A DNA stretch of 42,953 nt from Nemertoderma westbladi (taxonomy: Eukaryota; Animalia; Xenacoelomorpha): positions 1 through 42,953 of the forward strand of contig JAUCBJ010008028.1 of assembly GCA_032718475.1 (NCBI GenBank), read 5' to 3'. The translations under genes were made by a program, and so were the position numbers. Numbering within the stretch: position 1 is the first letter of the stretch; the number at the start of each line of letters is the position of its first letter. Positions 12,001-24,000 of this stretch are shown here, in pieces. The notes below the pieces were generated by a model. The model searched no databases. It was not told the DNA's origin and saw nothing but the letters and a program-made list of their open reading frames with translations.

Positions 12001-15000
12001 GTAAGTGAGTGAGTGAAAATAAAGCCACGAGGATCAGAACACTGTAAAGTACTTTGCAACAAGTATGTATGTAGTTTTATTCCAAAATTGTAACATTACG
12101 AAATGATTGTATATATATATATTATAAAGTGATAGAAACTGCACAAATTATATTAGGGGACTAATAATAATTATTGTTTTGTTTACGGATAATAATTTAT
12201 TAATTTGTTTATATATTAGTTCAATTTATTATTGGTGGATATTATTTTTTAATGAATTGTGTGCAAATATGTAATTAAATGTAATTTTACTACTAAATTT
12301 CACTAAACATAAAGTGTTTTGTAAATAATCAGTACAATTAATAGACACACCGTCTTTTTAGTTGCTATTCTATCATAGGCTAAATTAAGAATATTGTGCC
12401 GGCTTGTCGACAAAATTGCGCAGCCACAACTCCCTATCCCCATTACTTTCGCGATATAATCCGCATCTTCAAGGCCAGTGTCCATTACGAGGCGTCCCAA
12501 GAAAGTCATCAGCTGTCCTCCGAGGCTTACTTTCTCTGAGGCTGACAAAGGACGTTCACAGGCTGGTCCCCACGGCGAAAGCATGTCTTGCCAAGCGTTT
12601 GCTTTGGCCAAGCCAAGGCTTTGCTGCTACTCTAAATAATCGGACCTTAAATTTCCGGCGTATTTTATGTGACTTCCAAATCCTGTAAAGCCCAACCCAT
12701 TCAATGCTGCCCACACATTCATTAGTTATCCTTATTCGAAGGTCGAGTATAATAGTATTAGCTATTACTTACAAGTGATATACCGGTACTGTATTGTACG
12801 TTACGTTACGTTTGTAAATATTTTGGGGTGGGTGCGACCAGACGTAATATTCGTTAATCAAAATGATGAAATTTAAGGAAACGTTATGTTTAGGAAACAA
12901 GCGTTCTTAACGTTATCTTAAATAAAAAAAACGTTATCGTAACTTTTGTCAACATAACGATAATATTTTGAAACATGGTAATACATTGGACATAAAAAAT
13001 ATATATATACAAGCAGCAGCTAGGTCTAGTGGTGGCATTCATGGGCTTCCAATCAGGAGGCACAGGTTCGATCCCTAGATGGGACAGCACTGTTTGGGCA
13101 CAGTGCTTTAGAAAATACAAATACAAAATGCAAATACTGCAGCCTAGCCCAACCCTGGCTTTCATCCTTAATTGGACGATAAATGGGAACCAAGGCAACT
13201 TGGGAAACAGAGTGAGTTTACTGTGGAAGATCACCCATGGTGGTGAACAGGCATTCCTTTGGGAAACAGAGTGGAGGGGTTTAATGTGGAAGATCACCCA
13301 TGGTGGTGAACAGGCATTCCTTTATGAAACAGAGTGGAAGGGTTTAATGTGGAAGATCACCCATGGTGGTGAACAGGCATTCCTTTAGGAAACAGGGTGA
13401 AAGGGTTTACTGTGGAAGATCACACATGGTGGTGAACAGGCATTTCTTTAGGAAACAGAGTGGAAGGGTTTAATGTGGAAGATCACCCATGGTGGTGAAC
13501 AGGCATTTCTTTAGGAAACAGAGTGGAAGGGTTTAATGTGGAAGATCACCCATGGTGGTGAACATGCATTCCTTTAGGAAACAGAGTGGAAGGGTTTAAT
13601 GTGGAAGATCACCCATGGTGGTGAACAGTCATTCCTTTAGGAAACAGGGTGAAAGGGTTTACTGTGGAAGATCACACATGGTGGTGAACAGGCATTCATT
13701 TAGGAAACAGAGTAGAAGGGTTTACTGTGGAAGATCACCCATGGTGGTGAACAGGCATTCCTTTAGGAAACAGAGTGGAAGGGTTTACTGTGGAAGATCC
13801 CCATGGTGGTGTACAGGCATTCCTTTAGGAGACGGAGTGGAAGAGTTTAATGTGGAAGATCACCCATGGTGGTGAACAGGCATTCCTTTAAGAAACAGAG
13901 TGAAAGGGTTTACTGTGGAAGATCACCCATGGTGGTGAACAGGCAGGAAGCAGTGTGGAAGGGTTTACTGTGGAAGATCACCCATGGTGGTGAACAGGCA
14001 TTCCTTTAAGAAACAGAGTGAAAGGGTTTACTGTGGAAGATCACCCATGGTGGTGAACAGGCATTCCTTTAAGAAACAGAGTGAAAGGGTTTACTGTGGA
14101 AGATCACCCATGGTGGTGAACAGGCAGGAAGCAGTGTGGAAGGGTTTACTGTGGAAGATCACCCATGGTGGTGAACAGGCATTCCTTTAGGGAAACAGAG
14201 TGAAAGGGTTTACTGTGGAAGATCACCCATGGTGGTGAACACGCATTCGTTTAGGAAACAGTGTGAAAGGGTTTACTGTGGAAGAACACACATGGTGGTG
14301 AACAGGCATTCCTTTAGGAAACAGAGTGAAAGGGTTTACTGTGGAAGATCACACATGGTGGTGAACTGGAATTCCTTTAGGAAACAGAGTGGAAGGGTTT
14401 ACTGTGGAAGATCACCCATGGTGGTGTACAGGCATTCCTTTAGGAAACAGAGTGGAAGGGTTTAATGTGGAAGATCACCCATGGTGGTGAACAGGCATTC
14501 CTTTGAGAAACAGAGTGGAAGGGTTTACTGTGGAAGATCACCCATGGTGGTGAACAGGCATTCCTTTAGGAAACAGGGTGAAAGGGTTTACTGTGGAAGA
14601 TCACACATGGTGGTGAACAGGCATTCCTTTAGGAAACAGAGTGGAAGGGTTTAATGTGGAAGATCACCCATGGTGGTGAACAGGCATTCCTTTAAGAAAC
14701 AGAGTGAAAGGGTTTACTGTGGAAGATCACACATGGTGGTGAACTGGCATTCCTTTAGGAAACAGAGTGGAAGGGTTTACTGTGGAAGATCACCCATGGT
14801 GGTGTACAGGCATTCCTTTAGGAAACAGAGTGGAAGGGTTTAATGTGGAAGATCACCCATGGTGGTGAACAGGCATTCCTTTGAGAAACAGAGTGGAAGG
14901 GTTTACTGTGGAAGATCACCCATGGTGGTGAACAGGCATTCCTTTAGGAAACAGGGTGAAAGGGTTTACTGTGGAAGATCACACATGGTGGTGAACAGGC

Positions 15001-18000
15001 ATTCCTTTAGGAAACAGAGTGGAAGGGTTTAATGTGGAAGATCACCCATGGTGGTGAACAGGCATTCCTTTAAGAAACAGAGTGAAAGGGTTTACTGTGG
15101 AAGATCACCCATGGTGGTGAACAGGCATTCCTTGAGGAAGCAGTGTGGAAGGGTTTACTGTGGAAGATCACCCATGGTGGTGAACAGTCATTCCTTTAGG
15201 GAAACAGAGTGAAAGGGTTTACTGTGGAAGATCACCCATGGTGGTGAACAGGCATTCCTTTAGGGAAACAGAGTGAAAGGGTTTACTGTGGAAGATCACC
15301 CATGGTGGTGAACAGGCATTCCTTTAGGTAACAGAGTGGAAGGGTTTACTGTGGAAGATCACCCATGGTGGTGAACAGGCATTCCTTTAGGAAACAGTGT
15401 GAAAGGGTCTAATGTGGAAGATCACCCATGGTGGTGAACAGGCATTCCTTTAGGGAAACAGAGTGAAAGGGTTTACTGGGGAAGATCACACATGGTGGTG
15501 AACAGGCATTCATTTAGGAAACAGAGTGGAAGGGTTTAATGAGGAAGATCACCCATGGTGGTGAACAGGCATTCCTTTGAGAAACAGAGTGGAAGGGTTT
15601 ACTGTGGAAGATCACCCATGGTGGTGAACAGGCATTCCTTTAGGAAACAGGGTGAAAGGGTTTACTGTGGAAGATCACACATGGTGGTGAACAGGCATTC
15701 CTTTAGGAAACAGAGTGGAAGGGTTTAATGTGGAAGATCACCCATGGTGGTGAACAGGCATTCCTTTAGGAAACAGAGTGGAAGGGTTTAATGTGGAAGA
15801 TCACCCATGGTGGTGAACAGGCATTCCTTTAGGAAACAGAGTGGAAGGGTTTAATGTGGAAGATCGCCCATGGTGGTGAACAGGCATTCCTTTAGGAAAC
15901 AGGGTGAAAGGGTTTACTGTGGAAGATCACACATGGTGGTGAACAGGCATTCCTTTAGGAAACAGAGTGGAAGGGTTTAATGTGGAAGATCACCCATGGT
16001 GGTGAACAGGCATTCCTTTAGGAAACAGGGTGAAAGGGTTTACTGTGGAAGATCACACATGGTGGTGAACAGGCATTCCTTTAGGAAACAGAGTGGAAAG
16101 GGTTTACTGTGGAAGATCACCCATGGTGGTGAACAGGGATTCCTTTAGGAAACAGTGGAAGGGTTTACTGTGGAAGATCTCCCATGGTGGAGAACAGGCA
16201 TTCCTTTAGGAAACAGAGAGGAAGGGTTTACTGTGGAAGATCACCCATGGTGGTGAACAGGCATTCCTTTAGGAAACAGGGTGAAAGGGTTTACTGTGGA
16301 AGATCACCCATGGTGGTGAACAGGCATTCCTTTGGGAAACAGAATGGAAGGGTTTACTGTGGAAGATCACCCAGGCTTTCCTTTAGGAAACAGTGTGAAA
16401 GGGTTTACTGTGGAATATCACCCATGGTGGTGAACAGGAATTCCTTTGGTAAACAGAGTGAAAGGGTTTACTGTGGAAGATCACCCATGGTGGTGAACAG
16501 GCATTCCTTTAGGAAACAGAGTGAAAGGATTTACTGTGGAAGATCACCCATGGTGGTGAACAGGCATTCCTTTAGGAAACAGGGTGAAAGGGTTTACTGT
16601 GGAAGATCACCCATGGTGGTGAACAGGCATTCCTTTGGGAAACAGAATGGAAGGGTTTACTGTGGAAGATCACTCAGGCTTTCCTTTAGGAAACAGTGTG
16701 AAAGGGTTTACTGTGGAATATCACCCATGGTGGTGAACAGGAATTCCTTTGGTAAACAGAGTGAAAGGGTTTACTGTGGAAGATCACCCATGGTGGTGAA
16801 CAGGCATTCCTTTAGGAAACAGAGTGAAAGGATTTACTGTGGAAGATCACCCATGGTGGTGAACAGGCATTCCTTTAGGAAACAGAGTGGAGGGTTTTAC
16901 TGTGGAAGATCACCCATGGTGGTGAACAGGCATTCCTTTAGGAAACAGAGTGGAGGGTTTTACTGTGGAAGATCACCCATGGTGGTGAACAGGCATTCCT
17001 TGGCTTAACGAGCCTAAAAGATTCTCCCATTCATAAAATATTACATATATTTATTTAAATTTATATATAGATTTATTTACCTTTGAAATTCAGTGAATTA
17101 TCTACGGAAGTTAACCTTTCTCGGGTGGATTGAGCAATCTCCTGAATTCGTTCCCTAAGATTTCTTGAAGAAACAAGTTGAGAACTTCTTTCTCTTATCT
17201 GAGAGCTGAGAAGAGCGGAAAGAACTTCAACCTGAAAATATAAATAAAAACAATATTAAATGTATTGGAACGCATTTGATTTTTCGATAAAACAGTCAAG
17301 CAAAGAAGATGTTATTATAGTCGGAAGATTTTGCACTTTATCATACATGGAATATAAAGTATAATAAAATGTAATAATATTGGTTCTAAATTTTAAAAAT
17401 GTAATTTCCAAGAGTCTCTTGTACTACGGCATGTAATACATACTATTATATTTTTTAGTTGAATGAAAGCAATACAATTATTATACTAACATCGTGAAGA
17501 ACTTTAGCAGTGTCCACTGGTAAGGTTGTGCATTTTAAGGCGTAGCGTTGATGTTGGTCTCGTAAAGCTTTGTTAAGTAGCACAAGTCGTTGTTGAAGAT
17601 CACGCTTCATGGTCTGGAAAAAGGAAAATTGTTGTTACTAACTGTTGTATATGAATAATTTATTATTTATATATGTTTTTCATCAAAAATGGACACCATC
17701 TGGAAAACAGATCTCTCCATCCAGACACCTGAAGACTAAGTTCTTTCGAGCCACAGTGGAAAGTGTATTTTTATATGGGGGTGAGATCTGGACACTGACT
17801 AAATCACTTGAACAACGAATTGATGGTTGCATTGATGGTAAACATCAGCTGGAGACAACACATGACAAACGCCGAGCTCCATGGTACTACTACTACTAGG
17901 ACTACTAGTACTAGGATCGGCATGCTGCATTGCTTCTGCATTTTTAAGAATGCTGTGCCGGCTTGTCGACAAAATTGCGCCGCCACATCTCCTTATCACT

Positions 18001-21000
18001 TGACGACATTTGCTAGATCATCCGCATCTTTAAGGCCAGTGTCCTTTAAGATGCGTCTCAAGAAAGTCATGGGCTGTCCACCATGCTTATTCACTCCATG
18101 AGGCTGCCAAAGTACAAGATTATGCACTGGCTGGTCCTCACGGCGAAAGCAATGTCCTGCAAAGCGGAGGCGATGGTACTATACCACCTGTATCTAGATC
18201 GACCACCCTCCGTGAACGCAGATTAAGATTCAGTGGGCACTGCTGGCGAAGTAAAGACGAGGTCATACCAGATCTACTTCTCTGGCAATCAACTCATGGA
18301 AAGCGTAGTCGTGGACGACCGGCTATAACATATATAGATCAACTTGAAAGGGATACGGAACTTGGGAGAAACGAAATTGCGACAACTATGGAGAATCGGG
18401 AAGCCTGGAAGGATGTCCGAGTTCGCTCGACCCAGTAGTAGTGTAGTAGTAGATATTTTAAGCAAACGTAAACTTAACAAGTTAAATATAGTATCCATGG
18501 CGGCATCTTGTTGAAACCAACGTTTCACTACAGTGAATTAATAAGTAGCTGAATTATTTTGCCGCTTTGCAACTTTACTCTACTCGAATATTTTCGTATT
18601 AACACACATATTTATCAATTATGGCAGATATAATAATATTAATAAATTAAATAATAAATATTAATAAATACGAACTTTATTTTGAGCTATGCTGGCCTCT
18701 AACTCTGCCGGCGTCTCACCCAACTCGCTTGTTTTCTTTAGAACTCGTTGAGTTTCGGTGAGCCAATCGAGCGTCTCGTCTATATCGATCTGGAAAATCT
18801 CCCGGTTTTCCATTTCATCTCGAAGCGACTTTAACCGATTTCGTAAGTTCAATTGTAGACTAAATGGATGCAAATAGGTACCGCTAATAAAATCTAATAA
18901 CATATTAGATTGCATTTTTGTTAAAGAGCATTCGTATAGGAATTTCCAAAATTTAGGATAATTTCTTTCTCAAAAACTCATGAAGTCCCATAATGTTTAC
19001 TGTAGCGTATAGATTACCCTTTGTGCCGAGAGTTTAACTGGTTGACTTCATCTTGCAGACTGGTATCGCTTGGGTTCTTCACCTGTTCCCAAATCTCTTC
19101 AACGAGTTGTTTAACCATAGCAATCTTAGGTACAACTACTTCTAAAGACGTTTCCAAATCCTAAAAGATTATAATTATATAAAATATAATTATTTAATTA
19201 ATTATAATATTTAAAAATAATTTTCAATATTATTTAACTATTTTTTTTAATTACTATTAATTGCGAACGGTTTAATATATCATTTTGTTGATTTTAGTCG
19301 TTGAAAATTAATTATTAATGGTAAGTAATAAGTAAAAGTGAAGTTAAACCCACCTGAACTTCTAGTATTTCGCTATGGATCGCTGTATTATCTCGTAACT
19401 TCTCTACAGGGTCAGACGATATTTTCTCTTCAATTTCATCCATAAAGTTGTTAGCGCCCTAAAATAAAATAAGTCATATTCATTACGACATTAGTTTTGA
19501 CTTCATCAATCAGTTAGTGACAATTACTTCGATTCAATAGTGTCATATTTTTAATGTTTGCCTACGTTTTCAAGTGTATCACAAAATGAGTTACACTATT
19601 ATGAATAACGATTCACACATCGAAGCAGTTTCAACAGCCATGTCAACGTTATTCATAAAGCTATTGAGAAGTTCCATTGTATTAATTGTGGTAAAGTATT
19701 AAGCTGGAAAAGCAACCTAAAAGAATACGTCGACTACGTACGTACTTACGTACTACGACTCAACAAGTAAGATGTTGAAATCTAGCCAAGTACTACTTAG
19801 ACGTTACTGATGACTTAGGAATACTTTTGGAATTTCTAGATGGTGTGGAACGGTTCCTCTGCTCGTTGGAGAAGGAGGCTGCTTCAAGTGTAGTTAGGTC
19901 TTTTTGTTAACCCAAGAAGACCAAAAGTTCGACAGTCCATTGTCGACAAGCCGGAAGAGCATAATTAATACAACGGCAATGCAGCATGCCGATTATTGAT
20001 ATAAAGGAAATAAATTGTCATCGATGTAACGGTTGGACCACTTTTTTTCGGGATCTCTCTCTACTAATAATATAAGTAATATAACCCTGCTATAATATTT
20101 ATCAAACATCAACATAAGAAAATATATCCGGTATTATTTACTTGCCTGTAACGCGGCGGAATATTTGTCCCATATATTTACGCAAGCAGTGAGCCATAAT
20201 GTTCTCTGTCGAGACCTGCGGGATAACTCCTTCAACCGACTACCAGACAGGGCAGCCTTCTGTTGAGCCGACGGGTTGTCTGGCATCTCTTTAGCCATGG
20301 AGACTAGGTGGTCTATAGACACCTGAATATCCTCCAAATCCTTATGAAGTCTCTACAAAACAATAATAACTTATGAATAACTTAACTTAATTTCTATAGC
20401 AAAGCAATGTGAAGAAATTAAAATGATATGAATTGTAATAGTAAATAACTTATAAGTAAAGTTGTATTTAATATTTTATAAAAAAACTCTTTTATCGGCA
20501 TTTAAAATTGCACCACTCCACTAGTATCTGTAAGTTTATTACTTTAGTACTGCAGTGTAATTAATTATGGTAACTTTTATCACAAAAATATATAATCCTT
20601 TGTCAGGATTTAAAGAAGTTCTACAATCCAAAAATTAACCAAAAGAACATGAATTGTAAGATTTTCTTACTGTGGCGCCATCTAGTTTCTCTTTAGCATC
20701 ATTGGTACATTCCTGTTGGTTATCAGTTCCGGATTCTCTCTCTAGGAGCAACTCTGCGTTGTTCAGCTGATTATTAACGTCTTGTAAGGTTTCTTCGAAC
20801 CTAAATAAAGAAAAAGAGACGATAATAATGACATTACAATATCGCCAGAAACTTCAAGAAGGCTTATCGTACGCAAAATATATGTTCTAGAATTCAACCT
20901 TTGACGAATTCCTTTAGTTCCCGCCAGATCGCGTAGTTTCTCTCGGCAGAGTTGTTGAAGCTTTGTTTCGGCAGCTCGAAGTTCTGAAACATTGGCTTCA

Positions 21001-24000
21001 AACTCGTGAGGTAGAGCCACGTTAACCGAGGAATACCTCTGGTTCTCCGATGTTATGTGTTTGTTTATCGATTGCATTTGAGAAACTAAATCCTTCTGAA
21101 TGTCCTGAAACAGTCAATTTAAAGCATCTGCAGTGTCTTTCAGGTGTATGATAGGGAGGAGTTATTAATGCCAGTACCAGTCCAAATTCATCATATATTT
21201 CGATCAATTCGAAATTACTACACGTCTAAATTATTTCCAATACACATTTCAAAAATTTAATTATTTTTAATTTTTAATCGAATTTAATTATTTACAATAA
21301 TAAACATTTAAAAATGTTGTGACTTAGTTTAATAAATCTTTTACCTTAATTTCCATAATTTTATCCTCAACATCAGCCACACTATCTCCAGTGCTGCTCT
21401 CTTTACTCAACCTATCAGCTGTGTCGTCCAACCATTTTCTCACATCCGAAACCTTTCTGTCCGATGATTCCCGCTTTCTAAATTCCTCTTCGGTTGAACG
21501 AAGTTGAAATGAAACTTTGTCGATAAGATCGGCATATCTTGAGAATGAAAAAAAATTACATGTTTGCAAAATGTTGGAAACAAAGCTGGTAGTTCTGGAC
21601 AAAATTATACATAACTTAGACGTCCAAAACCAAATTCAATACATTTTAAGGCCTTTTGCGTCGATTTTCCCGCCTTTTGCGTCGATTTTCCCGCCTTTTG
21701 CGTCGATTTTCCCGCCTTTTGCGTCGATTTTCCCCTGGAGAGGGTTGAATTTTGACTGAGTCGAGTCGAAAGTCCCCCCTATCTGATTCACGAATATACC
21801 TCGCATTTTACATTAACATAAGCGGCACTGCGTAATGGTTATGATTTTAAACCCTGATCGCTTGAAACACAAAATATTTCCAGTATTTTTTGCTTAATCT
21901 CGAATACCAACCTCGTGTTCAAAGCTTTGCAGTTCTTAGTAACATCTCTTGTCCCTTCGTGGTCCCCTAGTTTATAGACAAGGGCCTGTTGAGCCTCGGC
22001 CAATCGAGTCATCTCATCTTGAAATCCGTCGAGCTCTGATAATAGATTCTTCATCTGAGGGGAATTGATGGAGTCAAGAAATACAAATAGTATAAATTAC
22101 AGCTGGAAAGGAGCAGATTACAGTGACACATAATTCTAACCAAAACAATAAATGAAAATCAATAGAACATGTTATAGTCATAATTTTGAGAGTAATCAGC
22201 TTTTTTTGCGTCAATTTTCCACTGGAGAGAGATTAATTGTCTCTCTCCACAAGAGTAGTTGATCTGGCCGACATATATGTGTACGCGGTCTCAACGGAAG
22301 GGTCGCGAGAACACCGCGATTCGTTATTCGGTAGCCGAGGTCGCTGATCAATTAATTTGAGTTTTTAATAAATATATTGATTACAATGAATTACAGATAA
22401 CTGGACTTCCGTTACCTTTGATAAATGATTTATTATGTCGCGTTTCGTGTAGGTTTCTACAGCCACCGTGGGTATCTTCGACTGAATGTCGTCCAAGAAC
22501 TCTTGGCATCTCTCATACTGCTCGTTGTAAGTCTTCCAAATATCAACACAGTCTTTGAGAATTTCTGTTTTAAATCTCGACTAAAAATACAATCAACGGT
22601 TTGGTTAGCTACATAAATCCTCTGATAAAACAATTTGTTTAGTACTGAATCAATGAACATTGGTACATTCAATATTATGTTTAATACATTGTAGATAACA
22701 TATTTTTGCGATCTAAAAAGTATAATAGACAGTCTTCAAGTCTGTCTGTTTAAATGTAGGTCTTTTGTCTCCCTGTGTGGTCGGTCGGTCGGTCGGTCGG
22801 TCGGTCGGTCGGTCGGTCGGTCGGTCGGTCGGTCGGTCGGTCGGTCGGTCGGTCGGTCGGTCGGTCGGTCGGTCGGTCGGTCGGTCGGTCGGTCGGTCGG
22901 TCGGTCGGTCGGTCGGTCGGTCGGTCGGTCGGTCGGTCGGTCGGTCGGTCGGTCGGTCGGTCGGTCGGTCGGTCGGTCGGTCGGTCGGTCGGTCGGTCGG
23001 TCGGTCGGTCGGTCGGTCGGTCGGTCGGTCGGTCGGTCGGTCGGTCGGTCGGTCGGTCGGTCGGTCGGTCGGTCGGTCGGTCGGTCGGTCGGTCGGTCGG
23101 TCGGTCGGTCGGTCGGTCGGTCGGTCGGTCGGTCGGTCGGTCGGTCGGTCGGTCGGTCGGTCGGTCGGTCGGTCGGTCGGTCGGTCGGTCGGTCGGTCGG
23201 TCGGTCGGTCGGTCGGTCGGTCGGTCGGTCGGTCGGTCGGTCGGTCGGTCGGTCGGTCGGTCGGTCGGTCGGTCGGTCGGTCGGTCGGTCGGTCGGTCGG
23301 TCGGTCGGTCGGTCGGTCGGTCGGTCGGTCGGTCGGTCGGTCGGTCGGTCGGTCGGTCGGTCGGTCGGTCGGTCGGTCGGTCGGTCGGTCGGTCGGTCTA
23401 ACCTTGCTGACTAGCTCACTCCATTTTTCCTGCATTTTCTCAACTTCCTCTAATAGACGACCCCTACCGGAGTCTTCAGGAACACTCATTGCCAACTGAT
23501 GCAACCGCCTCAGCGATGCCTCACACTCCTCTAGATGGCGCTCTGTTTCCCCGTGTTTTGCCAACTTCGATTCGGCGTCAAATAGCGACGACTGTATGAG
23601 ATCCTTGTCAAGGTCACTGACCTCAGGAAGTACTTCTGTAAAACAGAGTAGAAATTAATTACAAACAATAGTAAAAGTAAATAGTTACTATAGTATTTAT
23701 TTTTATTTGAACATGAGTTCGCGGTCACAGCAAAATATCATTCGAAGCAAAATAAATGTTAAATTAGGTAGATAGACTGGATTCGAACCTGAACCTTAAC
23801 ATCTATATGCTACCCCAAAACAGCGGTAACCGGGGTCATAAGTTGATCTTCAAGTCATATTCAATCAGTAGATTAACAACAATAATAAATTAGTATTTAC
23901 ATGCCCTTTACCTCTGAAAAGCAACTGTAACTTGTTCATCTCTTCCTTATAATGATTCTGTTTGGATTTGGTGTCTCCCAATCTGGTTGCTCTCTGCGTC

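Noticed and set aside
13013-13085. Genuine tRNA genes here and at 33370-33440, 35691-35762, 35880-35949
   Set aside because: A/B boxes are present but stems are degenerate and they continue into repeat bodies, so they are SINE heads.
13203-17008. 63-bp array as CRISPR, or the MVVNRHSF ORFs as genes
   Set aside because: No spacers; frames are broken by random stops and indels.
19800-19840. CTGATGA as a hammerhead ribozyme core
   Set aside because: No stem II or correctly placed GAAA.
21105-21225. Upstream in-frame-looking acceptor at 21226 as an exon start
   Set aside because: The translation is not spectrin-like and is in a different frame from the true exon starting at 21104.
22765-23499. 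(GRSV)n ORFs
   Set aside because: Translation of a tetranucleotide microsatellite.
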